A stretch of DNA of 24,000 nt from Mycobacteriales bacterium (lineage in GTDB: Bacteria; Actinomycetota; Actinomycetes; Mycobacteriales; Nakamurellaceae): the NCBI GenBank assembly GCA_038245175.1, contig JBBRSR010000001.1, forward strand, positions 191,744-215,743, given 5' to 3'. The notes under the pieces are model-generated. The model was not told the origin of the DNA and searched no databases. It saw only the letters and a program-made list of their open reading frames with translations. Every line of letters begins with the position of its first letter. Positions within the stretch are counted from its first letter, which is position 1. This document shows positions 1-10,854 of the stretch, one piece after another. Both the position numbers and the translations under genes were made by a program.

Positions 1-1361
1 ACAACTGCGGTAACCAGCTGGATGCCATCGACCTGATCAACCCGCACTCCCGGATCAACGGCGAGACGCCGAAATTCGTCGAGTCGGAGCACTATTTCCT
101 GGACCTGCCGGCCCTGGCCGTGGCCCTGGGCGACTGGCTGCAGACCCGCACGGACTGGCGCCCGAATGTGCTCAAGTTCTCGCTCAACCTGCTCGACGAC
201 GTCCGGCCGCGCGCGATGACCCGCGACATCGACTGGGGAATTCCGGTACCGCTGGACGGCTGGCGCGATCGCGGCGACAAGAAGCTCTACGTCTGGTTCG
301 ACGCCGTGATCGGCTACCTGTCCGCTTCCATCGAATGGGCACGCCGGTACGGTGTGGACGCCGATCAGTGGAAGCAGTGGTGGGCCAACCCAGAGGCGCA
401 CCAGTACTACTTCATGGGTAAGGACAACATCACCTTCCACTCGCAGATCTGGCCGGCCGAACTGCTCGCGTACGACGGCAAGGGCAAGAGTGGCGGCGAA
501 CCGGGCACCCTGGGCGCACTGAACCTGCCGACCGAGATCGTGTCCAGCGAGTTCTTGACGATGAGCGGTTCGAAGTTCTCGACGTCGCGACGCAATGTCA
601 TCTACGTCGGCGATTTCCTGCGCGATTTCGGGCCAGACGCGCTGCGTTACTTCATCTCGGTGGCCGGCCCGGAGAACCAGGACACCGACTTCACCTGGGA
701 CGAATTCGTCCGGCGCACCAACTTCGAGCTCAACAACGAATGGGGCAACCTGGTCAACCGCTCGATCGCGATGGCCCACAAGAACTTCGGCGCCATCCCG
801 CCGGCGGCCATGCTGACCGACGCCGATGCGGAGTTGCTCAGCACCTCGGCCGGCGCCTTCGACACGGTGGGCGACCTGCTGCAGCGGAGCCGGTTCAAGC
901 TGGCGATCAGCGAAGGTATGCGGATCGTCTCACTGGCCAACAAGTATCTCTCCGACCACGAACCGTGGAAGCTCGGCGGCGACCCGGAGCGGCAGGGCAC
1001 CGTGCTGCATACCGTCCTGCAGGTCGTGGACGATGCCAAGACTTTGCTCACCCCGTTCCTGCCCCATTCCAGCCAAGGCGCCTTCGAGGCGATGGGCGGC
1101 GTCGGTATCTGGGCCGCCCAACCGCGGATCGACGAGGTCGAGGATCTGGGCGACGAGATCGAGGGCGACCGCGGCTTCGAGGTCGGCGGCTACCCGGTGA
1201 TCACTGGCGACTACCAGACCCAGCAGGCTGTGTGGGCGCGGCGGGAGATCACTGCTGGGGTGCCGCTGGCCAAGCCGGTTCCGCTGTTCAGCAAGCTCGA
1301 TCCGAAGCTGGGTGAGACCGGGCCCACCTGGTCGCCGGTCATCTCCGTCGCGAGCGACTGA
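1..1361 (+). CDS. metG: Methionyl-tRNA synthetase, C-terminal part; 5' end lies outside the window
   Basis: The frame is open from the window edge ([37 protein letters not shown]...), so the track Met at 120 is internal. Class I aaRS KMSKS-type motif ([11 protein letters not shown]) and an anticodon-binding helical region are present. TGA at 1359-1361. Position upstream of tatD matches actinobacterial synteny. Confidence 0.93.
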   Translation, partial: NCGNQLDAIDLINPHSRINGETPKFVESEHYFLDLPALAVALGDWLQTRTDWRPNVLKFSLNLLDDVRPRAMTRDIDWGIPVPLDGWRDRGDKKLYVWFDAVIGYLSASIEWARRYGVDADQWKQWWANPEAHQYYFMGKDNITFHSQIWPAELLAYDGKGKSGGEPGTLGALNLPTEIVSSEFLTMSGSKFSTSRRNVIYVGDFLRDFGPDALRYFISVAGPENQDTDFTWDEFVRRTNFELNNEWGNLVNRSIAMAHKNFGAIPPAAMLTDADAELLSTSAGAFDTVGDLLQRSRFKLAISEGMRIVSLANKYLSDHEPWKLGGDPERQGTVLHTVLQVVDDAKTLLTPFLPHSSQGAFEAMGGVGIWAAQPRIDEVEDLGDEIEGDRGFEVGGYPVITGDYQTQQAVWARREITAGVPLAKPVPLFSKLDPKLGETGPTWSPVISVASD

Positions 1362-1377
1362 GCGCGCGACCACCGAA

Positions 1378-2250
1378 ATGCAGCCGACGCCGTGGGTGGA
1401 GCCGCGGGAGTGGAAGGCCGTCCAGCCACCCCCGCCGCTGGCCAGCCCGCTGCTGGACGCCCACACCCACCTGGATGCCTGCGGTTGCGTCACCGCAGGC
1501 GACGTCGCCGCAGCGATGAGCCGGGCCCGGGCGGTCGGCGTCACCGGCGTGGTCACCGTGGCCGACGACCTGCCCGCCGCCCGCTGGGCGGCATGGGCCG
1601 CGAGCAAGCATCCCGACGTCTATGCTGCCGTCGGCCTGCACCCGACCCGAGCGGACACCCTCGACGCGGCGGCCCGCGTCGAGCTGACGGCGCTGGCGGC
1701 GCAGCCCCGGGTGGTGGCCATCGGTGAGACGGGCCTGGACTACTACTGGGCGGCCGCGTCGCACGCCGCTCAGCGGGAGGCGTTCGCCTGGCATATCGAT
1801 CTGGCCAAGCGGTTGGACAAGCCACTGATGATCCACGATCGCGAGGCCCACGAGGACGTCCTCGACGTCTTGCGCGCCGAGGGTCCGCCGCCGACGGTGA
1901 TCTTCCACTGCTTCTCCGGCGATGCGGCGATGGCTCGCAGCTGTGCCGATCAGGGCTTTGTACTGTCCTTCGCCGGACCGGTGTCGTTCCGAAACTCGGC
2001 CGATCTGCAGGAGGCCGTTCGGGTGATTCCGCAGGATTCGATCATGATCGAGACGGACGCGCCGTTCCTGGCGCCGCATCCCCAGCGTGGCCGCAAGAAC
2101 GAACCGTATGCGCTGCCATATACCGCCCGGGCCATCGCTGAGCTGCGCGGGATCCGCCTGGAGACGCTGTGCGCGGCTGTGATGGTGACCACCTCGGCCA
2201 CCTACAGACTGGCTGAGATTCCACTGGTTGACGCTGGAAACGGCCAATAA
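1378..2250 (+). CDS. tatD: TatD-family metal-dependent hydrolase/DNase
   Basis: N-terminal DAHTHLD metal-binding motif, then GETGLDYYW, PLMIHDREAHEDV, IFHCFSG and ETDAPFLAP, all TatD signatures. The track ORF starts at 1312 inside metG. ATG 1378 lies 17 nt after the metG stop; GTG 1396 is an alternative start. Confidence 0.88.
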   Translation: MQPTPWVEPREWKAVQPPPPLASPLLDAHTHLDACGCVTAGDVAAAMSRARAVGVTGVVTVADDLPAARWAAWAASKHPDVYAAVGLHPTRADTLDAAARVELTALAAQPRVVAIGETGLDYYWAAASHAAQREAFAWHIDLAKRLDKPLMIHDREAHEDVLDVLRAEGPPPTVIFHCFSGDAAMARSCADQGFVLSFAGPVSFRNSADLQEAVRVIPQDSIMIETDAPFLAPHPQRGRKNEPYALPYTARAIAELRGIRLETLCAAVMVTTSATYRLAEIPLVDAGNGQ

Positions 2251-2306
2251 TCGTCCGAAGAACTGCGGTTCTGCCCGGTCGTGATGCCTGTCTCAACGTC
2301 GACGGG

Positions 2307-2373
2307 TTGTCACCCGCCGGAATCCCCGTTACCGTAATGTGATATCAGCCGGGATGGTAAACCCCCCGGATGC
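2307..2373 (+). promoter_or_regulatory. Predicted sigma-A-type promoter plus conserved 5' leader hairpin, copy 1 (upstream of rpfB paralog 1)
   Basis: TTGTCA (2307-2312), 17-nt spacer, TACCGT (2330-2335, fits TAnnnT). It is followed by CAGCCGGGATGGTAAACCCCCCGGATGC (2346-2373), where CCGGG and CCCGG can pair around a GAUGG-containing loop. The block recurs at 4110-4177 and 5828-5892. Confidence 0.5.
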
Positions 2374-2446
2374 GGGGCGCAGCAAGTCGCCTAACTCGTG
2401 TAATCGCTCGTGGACCCTCCGTGGAGGGAACTGTGGTGAGCGCTAA

Positions 2447-3922
<1,476 letters not shown>

Positions 3923-3948
3923 CCCGTTCAGCCTGCAACGCAGACCGC

Positions 3949-3994
3949 AACGCGCATCGGCCCTCATCCAGATGGATGGGGGCCGATGTGCGTT
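3949..3994 (+). terminator. Long stem-loop, likely intrinsic terminator after rpfB paralog 1
   Basis: AACGCGCATCGGCCCTCATCC (3949-3969), loop AGAT, GGATGGGGGCCGATGTGCGTT (3974-3994). This gives 21 bp including two G-U pairs. It begins 27 nt after the stop codon and is followed by GTTGTTGCG. Confidence 0.6.
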
Positions 3995-4109
3995 GTTGCG
4001 TGAATCCGTTGTCACCTGAGTGCTTCCTCGCGCTCCGTGGCCGGAATCGGACGAATACGCGCATCTGGTTGAAACCTGAGGGAGCTGGGTCCAATCCAAC
4101 ACGCGCTCA

Positions 4110-4177
4110 TTGCTGAAGTTGTGATGCATCCGTTATCGTCCCGAGATAACAGCCGGGATGGGGAAGTCTCGGGTGTG
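4110..4177 (+). promoter_or_regulatory. Predicted promoter plus conserved 5' leader hairpin, copy 2 (upstream of rpfB paralog 2)
   Basis: TTGCTG (4110-4115), 18-nt spacer, TATCGT (4134-4139), then CAGCCGGGATGGGGAAGTCTCGGGTGTG (4150-4177). CCCGAGA (4140-4146) can pair with TCTCGGG (4167-4173). Confidence 0.45.
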
Positions 4178-4272
4178 TCCAACTGCTGGCGCGACGTCCT
4201 GCGCTGACGGCTGCGCGCGCCTGCCCGCCACACCCCATCAAGCCGGGCTCGTCCACAGTTGGGTATTCGGTC

Positions 4273-5763
4273 TTGACCATCGCTGAGCGTGTTGACACCC
4301 CGCTGGAACCGGCCGAAGCCGATGCCGCCGCGATCGACCCGATACCGGCCAGGCAGGCGACGGGGCGTTGGCGACGGCCGTTGGTCGTCGGGGTCGTCGT
4401 GGCGCTGGCCCTAGTGGCTGCGGTCGGCGGCGGTGTGCTCGCGATGCGCAAGACCGTCACCGTCACCGTGGACGGGGTCTCCACTCCGGTGACCATGCTG
4501 GCTGGAACCGTGCGCGGCGCGTTGGATGCGGCCGGCCTGCAGGTGGCGGACCACGACACGCTGGCTCCGGCCGCCAACGCGATGGTCTCCGACGGCGACT
4601 CCATCGTGCTCAACCGGGGCCGGCACATCACGCTCACCCTGGACGGTGAGCCGTTCAGCCTCTGGACGACCGCCCGCACCCTTGATGCGGCGCTCGCCGA
4701 GCTGGGTCGCAGTCCCGATGCCTACCAGCTGTCCGCCGACCGCTCCCGACCGATTCCGGTCGACGGTCTCGCCGTTTCCGCCGACACCCTGTACCCGGTC
4801 ACAGTCCATGACCGTGGGGTCAGCCGCACCGTGAAGACCACCTCGACGACGGTCGGTCAGTTCCTGGCAGCCCAGGGCATTGTGATGGGCGTGAACGATC
4901 GGGTCAGTCCGGCCGTCGGCGCCAAGATCGCTGGTGCGAGCACCGTCAACATCGTCACGCTGCCCACGGTCACCGTTCTGGACGCGACAGCGCCGGGCAG
5001 GCTCATCGTCAGCGGCGCGGTGGACGTGGCCGGTCTGCTGGCCGGGGCGGGCATCGCGCTGGGGGCGCAGGATGTCGTGTCGGTCCCGCTCAGCACCCCG
5101 CTGTCGGCCGGTTTGCAGATCGGGATCACCCGGATCAGCACCACCAAGGCCAGCGAACTGGTGCCGATCGAGCAGCCCGCGGACCAACAGGTGGACGACG
5201 GCGCCCTGCTCAAGGGCGACTCCAAAGTGGTGCAACAGGGGCAGCTCGGTCAGGCCCAGGTCATGTACGACATCGTCACAACCAACGGGCTCGAAACCTC
5301 GCGGACCGAGACGGGCCGCGTCACCACGGTCGAAGCACTACCGAACGTCATCCACGTCGGCACCAAGGTGATTGCACCGGCTCGTGCGCCGGCACCGGTG
5401 GCGGCCCAGGCGCCCTCGGTCGCAGCGCCGGTGACCCCCCAGCCCACCCCCACCGTGAGCACCAATCCTCCGGTCGCCGCCACCGGAACCGTGGAACGGG
5501 TCGGCAATCAGGTGTTCTTCCACGATTTCGAGTTCGGCGTCAACTGGGACGGCCTCGCGCATTGTGAATCAACTAACAACCCGCGAGCGATCAATGCAAG
5601 TGGAAAATACACCGGCCTGTTCCAGTTCGACGATCAGACCTGGCGAAGTGTTGGTGGCAGCGGTCGGGCGTACGACGCTTCGCCCGAAGAACAGCTGATG
5701 CGGGCCAAGTTGCTCTTCCAGTCCAGGGGCCTCGCACCGTGGGCTTGCGCCTGGGCGGCCTAG
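4273..5763 (+). CDS. RpfB-architecture muralytic protein, paralog 2: TM, four DUF348-like modules, G5, Pro/Ala linker, variant transglycosylase-like domain
   Basis: Same module order as paralog 1. A P/A-rich linker (APARAPAPVAAQAPSVAAPVTPQPTPTV) is inserted before the C-terminal domain VNWDGLAHCESTNNPRAINASGKYTGLFQFDDQTW...[24 protein letters not shown]. The track start is TTG 4273 with no clear SD, so the start is uncertain. Confidence 0.85.
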   Translation: MTIAERVDTPLEPAEADAAAIDPIPARQATGRWRRPLVVGVVVALALVAAVGGGVLAMRKTVTVTVDGVSTPVTMLAGTVRGALDAAGLQVADHDTLAPAANAMVSDGDSIVLNRGRHITLTLDGEPFSLWTTARTLDAALAELGRSPDAYQLSADRSRPIPVDGLAVSADTLYPVTVHDRGVSRTVKTTSTTVGQFLAAQGIVMGVNDRVSPAVGAKIAGASTVNIVTLPTVTVLDATAPGRLIVSGAVDVAGLLAGAGIALGAQDVVSVPLSTPLSAGLQIGITRISTTKASELVPIEQPADQQVDDGALLKGDSKVVQQGQLGQAQVMYDIVTTNGLETSRTETGRVTTVEALPNVIHVGTKVIAPARAPAPVAAQAPSVAAPVTPQPTPTVSTNPPVAATGTVERVGNQVFFHDFEFGVNWDGLAHCESTNNPRAINASGKYTGLFQFDDQTWRSVGGSGRAYDASPEEQLMRAKLLFQSRGLAPWACAWAA

Positions 5764-5794
5764 CCGTTTGCCCAGATCAGCAAGTTGTGGGCAG

Positions 5795-5820
5795 GGTCAT
5801 ATGTGACCTTTCTATTTCCT
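5795..5820 (+). terminator. Weak hairpin plus T-rich tract after paralog 2
   Basis: GGTCA (5795-5799), TATG, TGACC (5804-5808), followed by TTTCTATTTCC. The stem is only 5 bp, so support is weak. Confidence 0.3.
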
Positions 5821-5827
5821 CGCATGA

Positions 5828-5892
5828 TTGCCGTGCATTCATTTCACCGTTATTGTTCTGTTATACAGCCGAGATGGGGAAGTCCCGGATGC
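5828..5892 (+). promoter_or_regulatory. Predicted promoter plus conserved 5' leader hairpin, copy 3 (upstream of rpfB paralog 3)
   Basis: TTGCCG (5828-5833), 17-nt spacer, TATTGT (5851-5856), then CAGCCGAGATGGGGAAGTCCCGGATGC (5866-5892). Confidence 0.5.
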
Positions 5893-5986
5893 CCTTGATT
5901 TGACAGAGCGAACGCCGTCGTCGCCGACGGCCGCTAGCGACGGCATCCAGCCCCCTGCTCGGAAGACCGAGTAAATTTGGAGCATC

Positions 5987-7216
5987 GTGAGCCTGCCCGA
6001 AGCGCAGACCGAAGATCTACGTGAATCGCCTGAAGAATCTGCCACAGACATCGCATCATCTGCTACCCCTATTTCAGGCCGGTCCGGCTGGACCCGGCTA
6101 CGCAAGCCCGTGCTGATCGCCGGCGTCTGCACCCTCGTCGCCGCGACGGCCTTGTCCGGAATCTGGGCGGCCAGCGGCAAGACCGTCACCATCGAGGTCG
6201 ACGGCCAGAGCCGTGAGGTCAGCACGCTGTCCGGATCGGTCAGCGGCGCTCTGGCGTCCGCCGGGATCGCCGTGACCGAGCACGACACCGTCGCTCCCGC
6301 CGCCGACGCGGCAATTTCCGACGGGTCCAGGATTGCGATCAATCGCGGTCGCCAGTTGACCGTCACCATCGACGGCGTCTCGCATGTCATCTGGACCACT
6401 GCACTGACCGTCGATCAGGCGCTGGCCCAGCTCGGGCAGGGTCAGCAGAGCCTGGAGCTGTCGGCAGACCGATCGCGGGCGATTCCCCTCGAAGGGATGA
6501 CGCTGACGGCCGATACTCTTCACGTAGTGTCGCTGACCGACGGCACCGGCCTTCCGACGACGTCCGCCTCCAGTGCCGTCAACGTCGGAGCCATGCTCGC
6601 CGAGAAGCAGATCGTCCTCGGCCCGAACGACACCGTCGCACCGGCCCCGACCACGCCCATCACCGACGGACTCGCGGTCAGCATCACCCGCACCGTGATC
6701 ACCTCCGCGGTGGCCGACGAGGCGGTGGCGCAGCCCGCCGACGTTCCCACCGAGGATCCGAATCTGGCCCGGGGCACCAGCACCGTGACCATCGCCGGGT
6801 CGGCCGGCACCGCCGCGGTGACGTACCAAATCACCATGGTCAACGGGGTGCAGACCGACAAGCACGAGGTCAGCCGCACCGTCACCGTCGCCCCGGTCGC
6901 CTCGCAGATCTCGGTCGGTACCAAGTCGTCACTCACCTACGTCGGCAACCAGGTGTTCTTCAACGACACCGAGTTCGGCGTGAACTGGGATGGCCTGGCC
7001 AACTGTGAGTCCACGCACAACCCGCGGGCGATCAACGGGAACCCGTCCGCCGGCCTGCCGACCTATGGCTTGTTCCAGTTCGACCTGCCCACCTGGGCGT
7101 CGGTCGGTGGATCCGGCAATCCGATCGACGCCACCCCCGAAGAGCAGATCTTGCGCGCCAAGCTGCTCTTCCAGTCGCGCGGACTCGAGCCGTGGGCCTG
7201 CCGGTACGCGGCGTAG
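5987..7216 (+). CDS. RpfB-architecture muralytic protein, paralog 3: TM, three DUF348-like modules, G5, variant transglycosylase-like domain; sits directly upstream of rsmA
   Basis: GTG 5987 is preceded by GGAG (5979-5982). It shares an identical 26-nt stretch with paralog 1 (2750-2775 = 6224-6249, encoding TLSGSVSGA). C-terminus is [39 protein letters not shown]...[27 protein letters not shown] at 7214-7216. Confidence 0.88.
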   Translation: MSLPEAQTEDLRESPEESATDIASSATPISGRSGWTRLRKPVLIAGVCTLVAATALSGIWAASGKTVTIEVDGQSREVSTLSGSVSGALASAGIAVTEHDTVAPAADAAISDGSRIAINRGRQLTVTIDGVSHVIWTTALTVDQALAQLGQGQQSLELSADRSRAIPLEGMTLTADTLHVVSLTDGTGLPTTSASSAVNVGAMLAEKQIVLGPNDTVAPAPTTPITDGLAVSITRTVITSAVADEAVAQPADVPTEDPNLARGTSTVTIAGSAGTAAVTYQITMVNGVQTDKHEVSRTVTVAPVASQISVGTKSSLTYVGNQVFFNDTEFGVNWDGLANCESTHNPRAINGNPSAGLPTYGLFQFDLPTWASVGGSGNPIDATPEEQILRAKLLFQSRGLEPWACRYAA

Positions 7217-7238
7217 CACACCTGACGAACATGTCAGG

Positions 7239-8111
7239 ATGAACAGTGTGAACAATCCGGGCGGCATCCAGCAGGTATCTCTGCTGGGGGCCGCCCGGAT
7301 TCGTCAGTTGGCGGCCGAACTGGACCTCAAGCCGACGAAGACGCTCGGCCAGAACTTCGTTCACGACGCCAACACAGTCCGCCGGATCGTCGCGACAGCC
7401 GCGCTGACCCGCGAGGACCATGTGCTCGAGGTGGGGCCGGGCCTCGGTTCGCTCACGCTTGCCCTGCTCGATGCCTGCGCGGCGGTGACCGCGGTGGAGA
7501 TCGACCCGCGGTTGGCCGGCCGACTGGCGCAGACGGTCGACGAGCAGGCCCCCGAGTTGGCGGATCGATTGACGATCGTGACCGCTGACGCGATGACCGT
7601 TTCCGCGGCCCAACTCGGCGCACCCACGGCGCTGGTCGCGAATCTGCCGTACAACGTGTCGGTGCCGGTATTGCTGCACCTGCTGGCCGAGCTGCCCAGT
7701 TTGCGTCGGGTACTGGTGATGGTGCAGGCCGAGGTGGCCGACCGGTTGGCGGCCCCGCCGGGATCTCGGACCTACGGATCCCCGTCGGTGAAGGCTGCGT
7801 GGTACGGCGCCGTCAAACGGGCTGGATCGATCGGTCGCCAGGTCTTCTGGCCGGCGCCGAACGTCGACTCGGCGCTGGTCAGCCTCGACTGCCACCCGGT
7901 TCCCACGGTGGGGGACCGCGCCGCGGTCTTTGCCGTAGTCGACGCCGCATTCGCGCAACGTCGCAAGACGCTTCGAGCGGCGCTGGCCGGCTGGGCCGGG
8001 TCGCCGGCCGCCGCCGAGGACGTGCTGGTCCGGGCCGGCATAGATCCCTCTCGCCGTGGCGAGACCCTCGATGTCGCCGACTACCGCGCGATCGTCCGGG
8101 CCGCCTCGTGA
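7239..8111 (+). CDS. rsmA: 16S rRNA (adenine1518/1519-N6)-dimethyltransferase
   Basis: [16 protein letters not shown] and SAM-binding [12 protein letters not shown] motifs, plus NLPYNVS. The track ORF (6990) runs back through paralog 3. ATG 7239 is the first start after the 7216 stop; GTG 7248 is an alternative. Confidence 0.92.
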   Translation: MNSVNNPGGIQQVSLLGAARIRQLAAELDLKPTKTLGQNFVHDANTVRRIVATAALTREDHVLEVGPGLGSLTLALLDACAAVTAVEIDPRLAGRLAQTVDEQAPELADRLTIVTADAMTVSAAQLGAPTALVANLPYNVSVPVLLHLLAELPSLRRVLVMVQAEVADRLAAPPGSRTYGSPSVKAAWYGAVKRAGSIGRQVFWPAPNVDSALVSLDCHPVPTVGDRAAVFAVVDAAFAQRRKTLRAALAGWAGSPAAAEDVLVRAGIDPSRRGETLDVADYRAIVRAAS

Positions 8112-9031
8112 TCTCAGTGCTGCCCGGCGTGGCTGTTCGGGTGAGAGTGCCCGCCAAGATCAATCTGCATCTGGCTGTCGGTGATATACGTCCAGACGGC
8201 TACCACGAGTTGGTCACCGTGTTCCACGCGGTCAGCCTCTACGACGAGCTGACCATCTCCCCGGCCGCCCAGCTGAGTGTGATCACCCCCGGCATATCCG
8301 GCGTGCCGGACGGCGCCGACAATCTGGCCGGACGCGCGGTCGAGCTGCTCGCCGACCACGCCGGGGTCGCGCCACACGTGGCCATCCGAATCGACAAGAA
8401 CATTCCGGTGGCCGGCGGTATGGCCGGTGGCAGCGCCGATGCCGCCGCCGCCCTCCTGGGTTGCGCGACCCTGTGGCAACTCGACCTCACCCGCGAGGAG
8501 CTGGCGGAGCTGGCCGCGGAGCTGGGTAGCGACGTGCCGTTCGCCCTCACCGGGGGCACCGCGGTGGGAACCGGGCGTGGCGAACGGATCGTGCCGGTGC
8601 TCAGCCGCCACCAGTGGCATTGGGTGCTGGCGATCGCCGCCGATGGTTTGTCGACGCCGGCGGTGTTCGTCGAGTTGGATCGCCTGCGAGCGCAGGGCAA
8701 CCCGGCCGTGGTCGGTCCGGTCGAAAGCCTGCTGACCGCCCTGGCGACCGGGCAACCGGCAAAACTGGCCGCCTGCCTGGGCAACGACCTGCAGGCCGCG
8801 GCGGTTTCACTGCAGCCAGGGCTTCGACGGGTGCTGTACTCGGGCACCGACGAGGGTGCGCTGGCGTGTGTGGTTTCCGGATCGGGTCCGACAGTGGCCA
8901 TGTTGTGTGCAGATGAAAAGGCGGCAGCCCGGGTGGCGGCAAGTGTGGCAGGACTAGGCGTGTGCAAGGCAGTCCGGGTGGCCGGCGGACCGGTTCCCGG
9001 GGCGAAGATCATCAGCGGTCACCATGGCTAA
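8108..9031 (+). CDS. ispE: 4-diphosphocytidyl-2-C-methyl-D-erythritol kinase
   Basis: [24 protein letters not shown] and the GHMP-kinase loop [21 protein letters not shown] 8108 overlaps the rsmA TGA (GTGA at 8108-8111). The track start at 7799 lies inside rsmA. Confidence 0.92.
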   Translation: MISVLPGVAVRVRVPAKINLHLAVGDIRPDGYHELVTVFHAVSLYDELTISPAAQLSVITPGISGVPDGADNLAGRAVELLADHAGVAPHVAIRIDKNIPVAGGMAGGSADAAAALLGCATLWQLDLTREELAELAAELGSDVPFALTGGTAVGTGRGERIVPVLSRHQWHWVLAIAADGLSTPAVFVELDRLRAQGNPAVVGPVESLLTALATGQPAKLAACLGNDLQAAAVSLQPGLRRVLYSGTDEGALACVVSGSGPTVAMLCADEKAAARVAASVAGLGVCKAVRVAGGPVPGAKIISGHHG

Positions 9032-10832
9032 TCTGGTCAACCTGGAAGCGGTCACGGTCGAGGTCGGCCACCGGGTGCTGCTGTCCGACATCTCGCTCGG
9101 TGTGCAGGCCGGCGACCGGATCGGCGTGCTCGGACTCAACGGCTCGGGCAAGACCACCCTGCTGTCCGTACTGTCCGGTGAGAGCAAGCCGACGGCAGGC
9201 CGGGTGGCCACCGCTCGGGGCACCGAGATCGCCGTGGTGTCACAGCGTTCCGAGCTGGCGCCGGGGCAGACGGTCCGGGATATCGTGCTGCACACATTCG
9301 GCGGCGGCGAGCACGTCTGGGCCTCGGATTCCTCGGTCCGGCAGGTACTGGACGGTCTCGGCTTGGGCGGAATCGGCCTGGACTCGTTGGTGGACAGGCT
9401 CTCTGGCGGCGAACGGCGCCGGGTCGCCCTCGCCGCGGCGCTGGTCACCGACGCCGGCCTGCTGATCCTGGACGAGCCGACCAACCACCTGGACATCGAA
9501 GGTGTGGCCTGGCTGGCCGCCTATCTGATCGCCCGCCGCGGCGCGTTGGTGGTCGTCACCCACGATCGCTGGTTCCTGGACGCGGTTGCGACGTTGACCT
9601 GGGAGGTCGTCGACGGCTCGGTATATATCCGCGAAGGTGGTTACTCGGACTGGGTTTTCGCCCGTGCCGATCGTCTGCGACTGGCGTCTGCGGCCGAGGA
9701 GCGACGAAAGAACCTGGCGCGCAAGGAACTGGCCTGGCTACGGCGGGGTCCGCCGGCGCGGACGGCCAAGCCCAAGTATCGGATCGAGGCGGCCGAGGCA
9801 TTGATCGCCGATGTTCCGGAACCGCGAAACACCGTGGAACTCCACGCCTTTGCCCGCCGCAGGCTCGGCAAGGATGTGCTGGATGCGGAGAACGTCACGG
9901 CCGTCGTGCGAACCCAGGACGGTACCGAGCGCACGTTGCTCGATCACGTCACCTGGCGGCTGGGAGCAGGTGATCGCTTGGGCATCGTCGGCGTCAACGG
10001 CTCAGGCAAGTCGACATTGCTGCGGGTGCTGCTCGGCCTGCACCCGGTCCTGACCGGTCAGGTCAAGCGCGGGCAGACGGTGCGGATCGGCTACCTGTCC
10101 CAGGAGGTCACCGAGCTGCCACCCAACCTGCGGCTCCTCGAGGCCGTCACCGAGGTGGCGCGGGTGGTCAACCTCGGCGGTAAGGACTTGACCGCCGGCC
10201 AGCTGTGCGAGCGGTTCGGCTTCACCAACGAACAGCAATGGACGATGGTGGGTGAACTGTCCGGCGGCGAGCGACGGCGTCTGCAGTTGCTGCGCATCCT
10301 GATGGACGAACCGAACGTGCTGATCCTGGATGAGCCGACGAACGACCTGGACACCGACACGCTGCTGTCCCTGGAGGACCTGCTGGACTCCTGGCCGGGG
10401 ACCCTGCTGATCGTCTCCCATGATCGCTACCTGATCGAGCGGGTCTGCGACAACGTGGTAGCGCTGATGGGCGATGGCCAGATCAGCCAGCTGGTCGGCG
10501 GGGTGCCGGAGTATCTGGCCCGACGGCTTGCTGCCGTGGAGCAGACGCCCGCGACGGTGGTCGCGCCAGGCACGAGTTCGCCGGTATCGCCGGAGCTCCG
10601 CGCGGACAACATCGACAAACGGCTGCTGCGCAAGGACTTACAGCGGCTGGAGAAGCGGCTGGCGGCGCTGGACCGCAAGGAATCCGAGCTGCACTCCCAG
10701 CTTTCCGGCGTCGGCGGCGACTACGGCAAGGCATCCGCGCTGGACACCGAGCTTAAGGGCGTCCGGGCCGAGAAGGAGGACGTCGAGCACGAATGGCTGG
10801 CGCTGGCCGAGCAGCTGGAGGGCTCCGCGTGA
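9024..10832 (+). CDS. ABC-F family ATPase: two ABC domains, no TM domain, C-terminal coiled coil
   Basis: Two Walker A motifs (GLNGSGKTT, GVNGSGKST), two signatures (LSGGERRR twice), two Walker B motifs (LLILDEPTNHLD, VLILDEPTNDLD), an inter-domain linker and a charged C-terminal helix. The ATG overlaps the ispE stop by 8 nt (ATGGCTAA, 9024-9031). Confidence 0.9.
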   Translation: MANLVNLEAVTVEVGHRVLLSDISLGVQAGDRIGVLGLNGSGKTTLLSVLSGESKPTAGRVATARGTEIAVVSQRSELAPGQTVRDIVLHTFGGGEHVWASDSSVRQVLDGLGLGGIGLDSLVDRLSGGERRRVALAAALVTDAGLLILDEPTNHLDIEGVAWLAAYLIARRGALVVVTHDRWFLDAVATLTWEVVDGSVYIREGGYSDWVFARADRLRLASAAEERRKNLARKELAWLRRGPPARTAKPKYRIEAAEALIADVPEPRNTVELHAFARRRLGKDVLDAENVTAVVRTQDGTERTLLDHVTWRLGAGDRLGIVGVNGSGKSTLLRVLLGLHPVLTGQVKRGQTVRIGYLSQEVTELPPNLRLLEAVTEVARVVNLGGKDLTAGQLCERFGFTNEQQWTMVGELSGGERRRLQLLRILMDEPNVLILDEPTNDLDTDTLLSLEDLLDSWPGTLLIVSHDRYLIERVCDNVVALMGDGQISQLVGGVPEYLARRLAAVEQTPATVVAPGTSSPVSPELRADNIDKRLLRKDLQRLEKRLAALDRKESELHSQLSGVGGDYGKASALDTELKGVRAEKEDVEHEWLALAEQLEGSA

Positions 10833-10854
10833 GGGTCCAGCCAACCGCGTTCGC

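Noticed and set aside
4087-4097. GGGTCCAATCC, superficially like a tRNA T-arm, in the 350-nt intergenic region.
   Set aside because: It lacks the GTTC T-loop core, and I could not build acceptor or anticodon stems around it. I found no tRNA elsewhere in the window either.
10833-10854. Possible bidirectional terminator between the convergent ABC-F and ribokinase genes (CGTTC-GCTCA-GAACG).
   Set aside because: It has only a 5-bp stem in a 22-nt gap, which is too weak to call.
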